From Shigella phage Sf18, in the sequence record MF158044: a stretch of 64,000 bases of DNA. One strand, 5' to 3'. The first letter of the stretch is position 1. Each line of letters opens with the position of its first letter. The notes below the pieces were generated by a model. The model was not told the origin of the DNA. It did no database searches and saw only the letters and a list, made by a program, of their open reading frames with translations. Positions 27,770 to 37,425 of this stretch are shown here, in pieces. The translations under genes and the position numbers were made by a program.

Positions 27770-29300
27770 CTTCCTAGAATCTTACCATTGATTCGATAGA
27801 ATCTATCCCATACATTTAGAATAATAACTCTATAGCTTACTCTATATCCTCTTATCAAATCAACTTAAATATAAGCCCATAACCCGAAAGGGAAGGGCAA
27901 TCCCTAAAACGCTCTATAACGCTCTATACGGGCTTATCATCTCATCTTAAGCAATCATATTAACCTGCTCTTAAAAGCCCTTTATAGAGCTTTCTAGAGC
28001 CTTAAAAGAATCTTATAAGGGTATAAGCTTTATTATCTCGTTAGTATCTTGTGAATGGTTAAACAGGGGCTTGATAATAGCTTTAAAGTATGTTATGGAG
28101 TCTTCAAAGTAACGTAAAAGAACCTTAAAAGTAACGTAAAAGTTAGCCCCCTTTACATTCTCTTAACAAAATCTTAACAAATGCTACATAGTTATGCTTG
28201 TTAGCCCCTTGTTAAATCCTTGTTAGAGGTATGTTAAGAGCTTGTTAGCCTCTTTGAAGTCCCTGTATAAGCCCCTAGAAAGCCCTATAAAGAGCTATAC
28301 AGGTAGTTGGGGTGTAGTTACTAGGGAGAACCTTAGAAGAGGCTATATAGAGCTATACAGAGCTTTTAAGAGGGCTTTATAGAGAATCACTAAGAAGGGA
28401 AGGGAACTATAGACCAAGAGATAGTGACCATGTTAATAGCTTGTTAAAAAGGTTTAGAACTTGTTAGCACCTTGTTAATTATCTTAACAAAATAACTCTT
28501 AAGATTTAACTATTTAGCAACTTATAAGCAACTTGTTAGACCCTTGTTAGTAGTGTTACAGACTGGTTAAGCTCTTGTTAGTTCTGTTAAGAGGCTGTTA
28601 AGAACTTTGAAGAGATGTTAAGAGCTTGAGAGAGTTGTTAAGAGATTGTTAATGATATTTTAAGATTTTGCAAAGGGGATGTTACAGGGCTGTTTAGGGC
28701 TACCAAGCAGATATACACCCTAAGTAGATATTTTTCAGATTCTCCAAAGACCCTAAAAAGTAACCTACCTAGTCTATTTTATAAAAATTTTATAATTCTG
28801 AATAACTATCTATACACTATCTTATATAAAACAGGAATTAACAGGCTTATAAGATACCTTGTTAGTACCGTGTTAGACCTTGTAGGATAAGCCTAAGAGG
28901 TTGATTCTTAAGAACAACCGAATCAACTAGAAGGGAATACCTGTTTAGTGTTATATAACAGTCTATATAGAGGCTTAGTAATACCTAGTGATTCTGCTAT
29001 ATAGGGTACTATCGTTTACCTAGAGATTAAGATGGCTATAGGGGCTTCTAAGGGGCTAGGAAGAGGTTAGGAAGGTGATTGTATAGGGTTGATTAATGGT
29101 AGGCTTAGAAGGCTTTATAGAGGGCTATATAGAGAGCACTATTTAGGGACTAAGAGGTTATATAGATACTATATAATACTATATAGAGATGATGCTTAGA
29201 GAGGGTGTTTAGAAGGGTATAGATATTTTATCACATATCATGGTGACCCAAGATGAACGGAGTGAATCCCAAATTTTATAAAAATTATAAATTTCGTAAA
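27770..29300. repeat. ORF-free region dense in short direct repeats (TGTTA(A/G) and TATA-N-AGAG families)
   Basis: No ORF of 60 aa or more on either strand; over 20 TGTTA(A/G) copies, many ~11 bp apart (28197-28248, 28563-28654); bounded by terminators. Confidence 0.7.
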
Positions 29301-29308
29301 TTTTACTC

Positions 29309-29333
29309 AATAAAAAGCCCCAATTAAGGGGCT
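29309..29333 (-). terminator. rho-independent terminator ending minus-strand operon
   Basis: On minus strand AGCCCC-ttaatt-GGGGCT then TTTTTATT. Confidence 0.55.
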
Positions 29334-29341
29334 GTATAGTT

Positions 29342-30013
29342 TTACATCACTTCACTAAGCATAGTTTGCAATGAAGTTTTAGAAGTCTGGAAGAAGTGTG
29401 TGAACCCATTATGACGTTCTCTTACCTGAATCATTATCTGGTCACCCTTAATCGGGTGTGAACTAATATGGTATTCATTCATGTTCAGTACAACACCCAA
29501 ACCATCTATAATGTGTCTGAGTATGTCATATTCAACAAATTCTTCTTTACCTGTGACCTTGATACAAACACCCTTGTTAGTTCTTTTAGGGTTTATATCT
29601 TCCATAACCAGCATTTGTTGTCCACCAAGAGAAATCATAGAGAACTCTTTACGGTTCTGCTGCTTAACATACATCTCGAGTTTCTTCAAAGTATCTTCAT
29701 AGAACGGGTAAGACTTCTTGACAAAGATACCTTCAAGTGGCTCTTTACCTGTTAGATTTCTACGATAATTCATCCGATGAATAAGACGATACAGGTCACT
29801 TTTCTCATCTTTGGTAAAGTGTCTGTCTACATCTTTAACACTAAATGTGATATAATTACTCTCAAGTTCAAACTTTTTCATCTCTATCAAATCCTTAAAG
29901 CATTTCTTAGTAATCGCTTCCCATTCTTCGGAGTTCTTTCTCTTCCTCTTCAGATGGGGAACCATATCTGCTAAGTTCTTCCAACTCTTCTTCAGTAGGT
30001 GTCCCATAATCAC
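29342..30013 (-). CDS. hypothetical protein
   Basis: 223 aa ORF, last gene of minus-strand operon; terminator downstream. Confidence 0.5.
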   Translation of the reverse strand: MIMGHLLKKSWKNLADMVPHLKRKRKNSEEWEAITKKCFKDLIEMKKFELESNYITFSVKDVDRHFTKDEKSDLYRLIHRMNYRRNLTGKEPLEGIFVKKSYPFYEDTLKKLEMYVKQQNRKEFSMISLGGQQMLVMEDINPKRTNKGVCIKVTGKEEFVEYDILRHIIDGLGVVLNMNEYHISSHPIKGDQIMIQVRERHNGFTHFFQTSKTSLQTMLSEVM

Positions 30014-30444
30014 ATCTTAAGTTTGAAAGTGTTTTTACCATTGACCTGAATATACCCATCATTTTCAACTATCCAGTGTGCGGTTGAGAATGCACTATAT
30101 GCGTTTGCTTCACCATAACCAAGGAACTTACCATCACACATACTTTCAATATGTATTGTGCCTACTGGTTCACCTGTATCAACGGTTTCTACAATATAGA
30201 GTGTGTTTAGCTTTATGGAACTAGCCTTAGTCTCTTCTTTGAAGCGTTCAGGTAGAGACATATCAAGCCCTTCAGTTATTACAGATTGCATGTAAGCTTC
30301 TGAACACTCCCAGATAAAGCTATGAAGAAGAACCTTTGCAGCATGTCTTGAACAACCAAGGTCTTCGACGATATCTTTATACATATCATCTTTAGTACCG
30401 TTGTTAAGCAAAGCTTTACGCACTACCTCTTTAACATTCTTCAT
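30010..30444 (-). CDS. hypothetical protein
   Basis: Start moved to internal ATG (MKNVKEV) with GAGG RBS; ORF-track start 30495 overlaps upstream gene. Confidence 0.45.
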   Translation of the reverse strand: MKNVKEVVRKALLNNGTKDDMYKDIVEDLGCSRHAAKVLLHSFIWECSEAYMQSVITEGLDMSLPERFKEETKASSIKLNTLYIVETVDTGEPVGTIHIESMCDGKFLGYGEANAYSAFSTAHWIVENDGYIQVNGKNTFKLKM

Positions 30445-30733
30445 CTTTCCAATCCTCATCTCTCTCAATTTGAAACTCATCAGGTAACTCTGCAATAGCT
30501 TTCAAGTAATAAGCTTCTTGAATACTGCAAAGTTCTTCATAACCACCATTCATAAGCCAGTTGTAACCAGCAGGTACACCATTATCATCGCAGAACCCTG
30601 TGTAGAACATTGCTTTATGAATCATGTTAAGTGGCTTGTAAGCAACTTCAACGATGTAGAAAGTGTTATCTTTCCAACCACCCTTTGGAGGATGGATACC
30701 TTTAACACCTCTGGATTGTGGAGTCATAGTCAA
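30431..30733 (-). CDS. hypothetical protein
   Basis: 100 aa ORF; start overlaps upstream stop. Confidence 0.45.
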   Translation of the reverse strand: MTMTPQSRGVKGIHPPKGGWKDNTFYIVEVAYKPLNMIHKAMFYTGFCDDNGVPAGYNWLMNGGYEELCSIQEAYYLKAIAELPDEFQIERDEDWKDEEC

Positions 30734-31173
30734 CCTTTAGAAATTTTTATATCAATGATATTCAAAAGTGCTTGTCTAGATAACTTACCAGATTTTAAGT
30801 ATGGAAGCAATGGTTCTAGTGCATTATCAATCTTAACAGACATTTCTAAGATTTCTTTTGCAATATCTTCTTGAAGGATACTGTATGTGCAAACCCCACT
30901 TACATCTTTCTCATCAAACATTGCAATCTGGATATCAAAAACTTTGTGGTCAGCATGTGCTATGCCTCTGTACAAGAAGTTTTTATCAAACGTGATAATC
31001 TCCCCGCACTTAAATGTCATTCCTTTATCACCTTCACCAATGATGAAATCATTAGTGAGTTCTACTGAGAATGGATAACGGCCTTGTTCAATGTTTCTGA
31101 CTGTACCAAATGCTACACGCTCTCTCGTTGCATAGTTTACAAGCTCTACTACTTCATACTTCTTAAGTTCCAT
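30730..31173 (-). CDS. hypothetical protein
   Basis: 147 aa ORF with GAGGTAG RBS. Confidence 0.5.
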   Translation of the reverse strand: MELKKYEVVELVNYATRERVAFGTVRNIEQGRYPFSVELTNDFIIGEGDKGMTFKCGEIITFDKNFLYRGIAHADHKVFDIQIAMFDEKDVSGVCTYSILQEDIAKEILEMSVKIDNALEPLLPYLKSGKLSRQALLNIIDIKISKG

Positions 31174-31215
31174 TTTCGCTACCTCTAAACAGGGGCTTTT
31201 ACACCCCTTGACAGA

Positions 31216-31425
31216 TTACTCTTCAGCAGATTCTTTATCTTTCTTTGAAGAAGTCTTTTTATCTTTCTTCTTAGTCTCAGTTGCTGCAATAGCAATGTCA
31301 ACAAGCTGTGCTAAGTCAGATTTAATCACTGTTACTGGTTGTTCGTTGTAGAAACCTTTCTCAAGGTACTCTTTGAACTCTTCCAGAGTGTTAAAGCCAA
31401 AAGGCTTGACAGGTGTTCTAATCAT
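31216..31425 (-). CDS. hypothetical small protein with Lys/acidic C-terminal tail
   Basis: 69 aa ORF. Confidence 0.4.
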   Translation of the reverse strand: MIRTPVKPFGFNTLEEFKEYLEKGFYNEQPVTVIKSDLAQLVDIAIAATETKKKDKKTSSKKDKESAEE

Positions 31426-31495
31426 TTACCCTCCGAGATATCTTTTAAGATTTTCTGGTTAATCATTTCCGCAATAGCATAGCGGATACAAATTA

Positions 31496-32002
31496 CTAAA
31501 ATTTTAGGTTGCATTCTTTACTTACCTCTTCAAACTTACTCTCAAACTCTACAATCTTCTTCTTGTAAGTCGTCATTCTCCAATATGAAAGTATGATACC
31601 AACTATTGGCAGTACAAACAAGTACCAAATCTCAGAAATCTTCTTCTCAGCTTGGTTAAAGGTTAAATCTTGCATGTACACACTTCCAAAAGAGATGATA
31701 CAAATCATAGCAAGAACTACAGAGACCATAATTGCTAGACCTGCCCATCCTCTGGTGTTATACTCAGCATTTCTACGCTTATTTTCAAGATTGATAAGTT
31801 CATTGTAGTCTGCTGAGAAGTCTCTGTAGAAAGCTTTCAAGTACTCTCTGCTGTAACCTTCAAAGCATCCTGTGCCAAACCAATTTTCACCTCCGAAGTG
31901 TGAAATAGTTCCTGCGTCACCGTTTGCTTTCACAATCTTGAAAGATACATGGTGCTTAGATTGCTCATAAGAAATCTGGTCTCTTGAATCTTCATAAATC
32001 AT
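31496..32002 (-). CDS. hypothetical membrane protein (two predicted TM helices)
   Basis: Hydrophobic segments GLAIMVSVVLAMICIISFG and LFVLPIVGIILSYW. Confidence 0.45.
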   Translation of the reverse strand: MIYEDSRDQISYEQSKHHVSFKIVKANGDAGTISHFGGENWFGTGCFEGYSREYLKAFYRDFSADYNELINLENKRRNAEYNTRGWAGLAIMVSVVLAMICIISFGSVYMQDLTFNQAEKKISEIWYLFVLPIVGIILSYWRMTTYKKKIVEFESKFEEVSKECNLKF

Positions 32003-32217
32003 TGTTCAATCCTCTTTAATCGTGCATTCCACTCTCTATCAATCATTCTCTGGAATGTCTTACCTCTGGGAGTAACGTTCTTAAGTGATTCTTCAGTACA
32101 TACTAAGATATCACCTCTGGCAAACTTGCCATAACACTGTTTAGTCTTCTTAGCTCGTCTGTACTGCTCAGAAACAGAGAGCTTCCAGTATTCACCTAAA
32201 GTTGTAAACTTTTTCAT
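31999..32217 (-). CDS. hypothetical small protein
   Basis: 72 aa ORF; overlapping start/stop with neighbours. Confidence 0.4.
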   Translation of the reverse strand: MKKFTTLGEYWKLSVSEQYRRAKKTKQCYGKFARGDILVCTEESLKNVTPRGKTFQRMIDREWNARLKRIEQ

Positions 32218-32954
32218 TCTTTCACCATTGCGTTGTAGAATTGCCTTTGAATCTCTTCAGCAATCTGATAAGGTGTGAAACCAGCTTTTAACATCATTCT
32301 TACTGTGTACTCAATGTCATTCTTATTAACCACATGGTCTGTGACACTGATTGCTTCTTTTAACTCTTCCACATTCTTTTTAGCATCTTCACAAGCGCTG
32401 GTCAACATGGAGTTAAATTTCTTTTGTGGTGTAGTCCAAGCATGACTATGTGGATTTGCATCACAGAAATACTTGAAGTAATCTCTGACGTTATCTACAA
32501 CCAGAGTTTGATGACCGTCCTCTTTAGTTGTGTATCGAGACTCTTGCTCAGGTAAGTCTGCAAGTCTGTGTGTAGGAGCCTCAATAGTAACATCAATCGT
32601 TCTAACCTTTGGAGTTACCTCTTTCTTCAGAGTCGGAGTTGCCTCAAAAGTTGCCTTTTCAGTTTCTTCTTCATCCCCTACCACAGTATCTTGTAAAGAA
32701 ATACCCAGAAGCTTTCTGAAGCTTCCTGTGAAGGTTAAGTTTTCAATATCAGTGGTCGAATAGACTTTACCAGCCCATAAGTGTGCTTCTGGACCAAGTG
32801 ATGTTGCTGGATAAATCTTGAAATGTAATGTCTTCATAGGTCGGAAGTACACAACCCCGCTATCAGACACATACGTAACAAATGCCTTAGTTCTTTGGGC
32901 TGGTGAAGCCTTTACATAAATGTAAATTGTGTCTGTCTCTTTAACTTTAACCAT
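32214..32954 (-). CDS. hypothetical protein
   Basis: Start set at ATG (MVKVKETD) with GGAGAG RBS; ORF-track TTG start 33029. Confidence 0.45.
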   Translation of the reverse strand: MVKVKETDTIYIYVKASPAQRTKAFVTYVSDSGVVYFRPMKTLHFKIYPATSLGPEAHLWAGKVYSTTDIENLTFTGSFRKLLGISLQDTVVGDEEETEKATFEATPTLKKEVTPKVRTIDVTIEAPTHRLADLPEQESRYTTKEDGHQTLVVDNVRDYFKYFCDANPHSHAWTTPQKKFNSMLTSACEDAKKNVEELKEAISVTDHVVNKNDIEYTVRMMLKAGFTPYQIAEEIQRQFYNAMVKE

Positions 32955-33025
32955 TTTATCTCTCCAATAAAAAAAGGGAACCACCTTTCGATAGCTCCCA
33001 TCATACAAAATTCTAGATATTACTG

Positions 33026-33619
33026 TCAAGTATATTTTCTAGGCAGTAATTTACTTTTTCTGCTTCGAACATCTTCAAGGATAGCTATGAAGTCATCAGA
33101 AGCACCCTTCCAAGGGCTGAAGTTTGGGATATGCTGACGAATAGCTTCAATAATCGTCTTCATTCCTGTGTTCTTCATCCACCAATCTGAGCTTGAAGCA
33201 GTCATAACAAAGAACTGCTCATCATCGGTTAAGATGACCTCTTTAGTGAATGGGGAAGTGTACGTAGTGATAACTGAACCACCATTCATGTAATATGTAC
33301 GCTTGTGGACTTTATCAAGCATATCATGTAGGTCACCAAACAGTTTCACAACCTCTTGGTGGTTAATGTCTTTCTCAAGGTCTAAACGATACTTCAGAAG
33401 TGCTTCATCAACTTCTTTAGATGAGAACTTAAAGTACTGTACATCTTCAATGATACATGCAGAGATGTTGTTCACATCCATAGTCAATTTGACAACTTTT
33501 GCTGGTGAGTTAATGTTTGGCTGGAACGCAGCAAGCACACCCTGAACATTACCGTAGTGTTGGACTAATGCAACTTGTGGAGAATCAACTCCACCCTTTT
33601 CTTTAATGTGTACACTCAT
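33026..33619 (-). CDS. hypothetical protein
   Basis: 197 aa ORF. Confidence 0.45.
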   Translation of the reverse strand: MSVHIKEKGGVDSPQVALVQHYGNVQGVLAAFQPNINSPAKVVKLTMDVNNISACIIEDVQYFKFSSKEVDEALLKYRLDLEKDINHQEVVKLFGDLHDMLDKVHKRTYYMNGGSVITTYTSPFTKEVILTDDEQFFVMTASSSDWWMKNTGMKTIIEAIRQHIPNFSPWKGASDDFIAILEDVRSRKSKLLPRKYT

Positions 33620-33620
33620 A

Positions 33621-34058
33621 CTATAACTTCCTCACTAAATACTTTTTAAGTGGTGTCTTTGGTTTTTCAAAGACCTCAATAGAATCTATTTTGATGCCCT
33701 CACCACGCATACCTGTGGATTGGTAGATGTAGAACTCAAGCATCCCTATATTTTTAGCTGGCATATCATGCTTAACAAAGATGGTCACTGACTCTTCACT
33801 TTTAAAGATTACTGTACCATCTTTATACACAAGCTTATCAGGTTGTTTATAGTCAAGCATATCAAACATCAGAAATAGTCTTTGCTGACATTTGTCCAGC
33901 CTTGTTGACAGGGCTTCTTGTATATCTGCAAAATTCTTATAAACAACGATGTGGAGCTTAAGCATCTGCATATTCTCTGACGAAGAAGTAGTTGATTTTG
34001 TTATCAGATACCAGAAGGTCATAGCAAGTAATTTCGAACTTACTCTTTTCAGCATCAT
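33621..34058 (-). CDS. hypothetical protein (start uncertain)
   Basis: ORF-track start overlaps upstream gene by ~100 nt; true start probably internal ATG near 33965-33971. Confidence 0.35.
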   Translation of the reverse strand: MMLKRVSSKLLAMTFWYLITKSTTSSSENMQMLKLHIVVYKNFADIQEALSTRLDKCQQRLFLMFDMLDYKQPDKLVYKDGTVIFKSEESVTIFVKHDMPAKNIGMLEFYIYQSTGMRGEGIKIDSIEVFEKPKTPLKKYLVRKL

Positions 34059-34251
34059 AGCTTGTGTATGGCTCGGAAACTTGCTTTGTTGACACTTTTG
34101 GGTTATTAGGGTTTAAAAGGCCACCATAAAGTTTCTTAATGGCCTTTGTCACCACACTCCAGATAACATCATCAGTGAGTTCTTCGTACAGGTCAAACTC
34201 AGCTTCATAGCTGAAGTCATTAATTGGAAAGATAACCTGTACTTTACTCAT
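33958..34251 (-). CDS. hypothetical protein
   Basis: 97 aa ORF. Confidence 0.4.
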   Translation of the reverse strand: MSKVQVIFPINDFSYEAEFDLYEELTDDVIWSVVTKAIKKLYGGLLNPNNPKVSTKQVSEPYTSYDAEKSKFEITCYDLLVSDNKINYFFVREYADA

Positions 34252-34252
34252 A

Positions 34253-34633
34253 TCAAACTACCTGTGTAACTTGCAACGCTTCTGTTACGGAGATATCACC
34301 GACTTTTTCTTCTTTGATGAAGGTGAAAGTTAGAAGGGTTGGTTCTGAAACCTCATCTTCCAAAGGTACACCATTCAGTTCATCAAAGATAGCCTGTGTA
34401 GTCCAATCTTCCTGACCGTCTGGGTAGTGGTAAGCATATTTGTGAAAATTCAGGTCAAACCATCCAAAAATTGGACAACCATCTGCATCATCACCACGGT
34501 ATGATAGTATGCTACCTGACTCAAACTGCAATTTCAGTCTTCCATTGTCTTGGAAAATAATTGCTTTTGCAAAATCACCAGACTCATCTAAATCGTGACC
34601 GGATGTGTCAACCAATACATCAATCTTATTCAT
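34253..34633 (-). CDS. hypothetical acidic protein
   Basis: Start set at ATG (MNKIDVLV) with GAGAGAGG RBS; ORF-track start 34732 overlaps upstream gene. Confidence 0.45.
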   Translation of the reverse strand: MNKIDVLVDTSGHDLDESGDFAKAIIFQDNGRLKLQFESGSILSYRGDDADGCPIFGWFDLNFHKYAYHYPDGQEDWTTQAIFDELNGVPLEDEVSEPTLLTFTFIKEEKVGDISVTEALQVTQVV

Positions 34634-35036
34634 AATAACCTCTCTCAGCTTTCTCAATTTTATCCAGAAGTTTGATACACTCATTGTTATGGTATGTAGC
34701 CTCACTCTGGTGTAACTTCTTCTTCTGCTCAAGTAGAAATTTATAGTAACCTGATAACTGCTCTCTTGTCAAGGGGTGTTCTGAAATAATATCAAGAGAA
34801 CTTTCACCTAAAGGTGAGAACATACCATTGTCATCCACGTTGTACAGTTCACCAGCAAAGAAGCCTTTGTTAGCCATTGTGATAGGTGAGCGTTCAATGA
34901 CCTCAACAACAAACTTTGTGAGCACCTTGTCACCCATAGTAATCAACTTGGTTCCTGCAATACGAACCTTCATACCACTTCTTGTGTACTTGAAAGTACC
35001 ATTATCATTCGCCCAAAGCTTCATAGTTTTCTCCAT
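34626..35036 (-). CDS. hypothetical protein
   Basis: 136 aa ORF downstream of an internal terminator. Confidence 0.45.
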   Translation of the reverse strand: MEKTMKLWANDNGTFKYTRSGMKVRIAGTKLITMGDKVLTKFVVEVIERSPITMANKGFFAGELYNVDDNGMFSPLGESSLDIISEHPLTREQLSGYYKFLLEQKKKLHQSEATYHNNECIKLLDKIEKAERGYYE

Positions 35037-35040
35037 AGAA

Positions 35041-35069
35041 ATAAAAAAGGCTCCCGAAGGAGCCTCTTA
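35041..35069 (-). terminator. internal rho-independent terminator after endolysin gene
   Basis: On minus strand AGGCTCC-ttcg-GGAGCCT then TTTTTTATTT. Confidence 0.55.
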
Positions 35070-35074
35070 ATCTA

Positions 35075-35545
35075 CTATTTTGGATAAACAGCGTCAAGGT
35101 AAATCTTGGCTTCCAAACTACGTCTATTTTGTAGACCCTTGGAAGTTACTTTTTGACCATTCACTGTAATCTTGTTCCACCACTGCATAGCTTCTGCACA
35201 ACCAGCTTTGTTACCAGCATTGTGACGCTTGATAAAAGTTGAATCCTGCATAGCACCGATGCCAATGTTGTAAGTCTCTACAACAAGTGCGTCAAATTCG
35301 TTCTGCGTAGTTGGAACCTTAATTGCTCTGTTTACTGCACCTACATAGTTCTCAACATCTGCAAGGAGATATTGTTCAGCTTGCTCGGCAGTAATCTTCA
35401 TCCCCATCGTAACAGGTCTTCCGTTGATACGAATTGTACCATAACCAATTGTAGGGATTCCAGCAGAGTCTTTATAGGCTTCTAAACGAAGCCCTTCAAA
35501 GAACTTAATGGCTTCTAAGCCTTTACTTGAGAGTTGCATTATCAA
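35075..35545 (-). CDS. endolysin, T4-lysozyme-like muramidase (GH24)
   Basis: Motif EGLRLEAYKDSAGIPTIGYGT matches the catalytic region of T4 lysozyme family. Confidence 0.9.
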   Translation of the reverse strand: MIMQLSSKGLEAIKFFEGLRLEAYKDSAGIPTIGYGTIRINGRPVTMGMKITAEQAEQYLLADVENYVGAVNRAIKVPTTQNEFDALVVETYNIGIGAMQDSTFIKRHNAGNKAGCAEAMQWWNKITVNGQKVTSKGLQNRRSLEAKIYLDAVYPK

Positions 35546-36426
35546 CCTCCTACTGCGTTAATAACCACCTTGGCAGATTGGGATGTGATTGAGCCACCTA
35601 CACCAGTTACAACACAAGAGTAAGTACCTTCATCATCAGCTTTAGAAGTCGGTGTCTTTTCATATGTTGCAGATGTTGCTGAAGGGATATCTACATCATC
35701 TTTCTTCCACTGATAACCAGTTGCACCAGTGGCTACGATGCTAAGGGTGAGTGTATCTCCCTCTGTAATCTCTTGGTTAGTAGGTTGCTGTGTAATCACA
35801 GGCAGTGCATTCACAGTTACTGTGGCAGCGTTGGAATTAACACTTGAGCCACCTTCACCAGAAACTACACAGGTGTATGCGCCAGCATCAGTAGGGACTA
35901 CGCCATTCTTAGTATATGTTGCAGAGGTTGCTCCAGAGATGTTTGATGCACCTTTCTTCCACTGATAACCAGTTGCACCAGTAGCAACAACTGAAAGTGT
36001 AAGTGTTCCACCCTCGTTAACAGTTTGGTCAGTTGGCTGCTGTGTAATAACTGGAGGTGTGATTGCATCCTTCAACTTTGCATTAAGCATGGAGAAAGGT
36101 TTAACCCTTGCCAACCATTCACAATAAACTGTGTCAACATCCTTCCCATTGATGATTGCATACTGCAAGTCCATGAAGAAGTCAGCAGTCCTCATCTGAG
36201 CACCAACTGAATATAAAAGTTCTTCACTAAATGGAACTGTGTAGTCTGGTGTGTAATTGAAGTCAGTAACTTCTGGAATATCAGACTCAGGCCACGGTGA
36301 GCTATATGTCAGAGGCAGAACGGCCTCTTGATACTTTCTGAAGTCGTATCTTTTGCCAGCTTTAACATTCGCTACAAAGTCTTTAACGAACTCTTTAAAA
36401 TCTGGATATGTCTTTGCTTTAATCAT
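35542..36426 (-). CDS. protein with N-terminal domain paralogous to next gene plus two tandem Ig-like domains
   Basis: Two ~85-aa repeats (PVITQQPT...GATGYQWKK...TVN) typical of Ig-like beta-sandwich repeats. Confidence 0.5.
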   Translation of the reverse strand: MIKAKTYPDFKEFVKDFVANVKAGKRYDFRKYQEAVLPLTYSSPWPESDIPEVTDFNYTPDYTVPFSEELLYSVGAQMRTADFFMDLQYAIINGKDVDTVYCEWLARVKPFSMLNAKLKDAITPPVITQQPTDQTVNEGGTLTLSVVATGATGYQWKKGASNISGATSATYTKNGVVPTDAGAYTCVVSGEGGSSVNSNAATVTVNALPVITQQPTNQEITEGDTLTLSIVATGATGYQWKKDDVDIPSATSATYEKTPTSKADDEGTYSCVVTGVGGSITSQSAKVVINAVGG

Positions 36427-36791
36427 TTCTTAGCCTCTAATCTTGCATTTAGTCTAAAATAACCTTTGTGCTGCGGTGAAACATCACCTACAACAACTCC
36501 GTCAATCTTATAGCCTTTACCCATCACATATTGAATATCCATCAAAAATGTACCAAGACCAACGATATGAAACATTGGGTAAAGAAGTTCTTCAGTATCT
36601 GGTAGAGGAATTTTAGGTGTGTATTCGGAATATGTTTCGGTAGGGTTGATATCCTTCTCAGGCCATTTGCTATCACGCCATGTTAAGGGTGTCGGAAGTA
36701 CATCATCAAGATTATACCTGTCACCTTCTTGAACACTTTGGACATAAGATTGTAGGAAGCAATAAAAGTCTTTTCCACTCTTTGCCTTCAT
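36423..36791 (-). CDS. hypothetical protein, paralog of N-terminal domain of 35542-36426
   Basis: Alignable by eye: shared RY, WPE.DI, YTP, ELLY, FFMD.QY, LNA.L positions. Confidence 0.45.
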   Translation of the reverse strand: MKAKSGKDFYCFLQSYVQSVQEGDRYNLDDVLPTPLTWRDSKWPEKDINPTETYSEYTPKIPLPDTEELLYPMFHIVGLGTFLMDIQYVMGKGYKIDGVVVGDVSPQHKGYFRLNARLEAKK

Positions 36792-36834
36792 TATCTATCC
36801 TTAACAAATAAAAGGGGCTTTCGCCCCATAAAAC

Positions 36835-37425
36835 TTAAGCCATAGTCTTAAGCATGTTTTTAAGTTTTTTGAGATTCATTGTCTCATCCAACTTAAATCC
36901 AAATCCATTGACGTACTCAATGAAATCAGATTTCTTACTCAGAGATAACGCATAGTTCATGTCGAAGTCATTACTTGGAGTGGACTCTGGAGAGGTGTTC
37001 ACATCGAAAGAAATCTCTGTGGAAGTATCTTCAGACTCTCTGAGGTTATCAATCACAACACATGTGTAGTTTGCTGGAGAGAATGATGTTGAACCAGCTA
37101 CATAACTGTATTTAGCATTGTGGATAAGATTTGAGAATACTTTGAAGAATGTTTCTGAATCATGACACACCAGTTTAAATTCACTATTAGCACCTAAAGA
37201 CATAAGTGAATATGGGCTTTCACCATCAATGTTATAATCTGGGTTCATTGACTGAACAGTAACACGCATCAAGTTATTTGCAATTGTTTTCTGTTTAAAT
37301 GAATTAGGTACGTAGTGCATACCTCTTTCACATTGATTGACCAACTCTTTAAGAAGGTCATCAGAATATGGTGAAGTGATTGATACAGACCCATCACCAT
37401 TATAATTAAAACTCACGTTTAACAT
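36835..37425 (-). CDS. hypothetical protein
   Basis: 196 aa ORF. Confidence 0.45.
   Translation of the reverse strand: MLNVSFNYNGDGSVSITSPYSDDLLKELVNQCERGMHYVPNSFKQKTIANNLMRVTVQSMNPDYNIDGESPYSLMSLGANSEFKLVCHDSETFFKVFSNLIHNAKYSYVAGSTSFSPANYTCVVIDNLRESEDTSTEISFDVNTSPESTPSNDFDMNYALSLSKKSDFIEYVNGFGFKLDETMNLKKLKNMLKTMA

Noticed and set aside
20100-28660. Possible CRISPR array suggested by dense direct repeats
   Set aside because: Repeat units are 8-11 bp or ~40 bp with variable content, not 24-48-bp repeats separated by unique spacers of similar length, and no cas genes are present.
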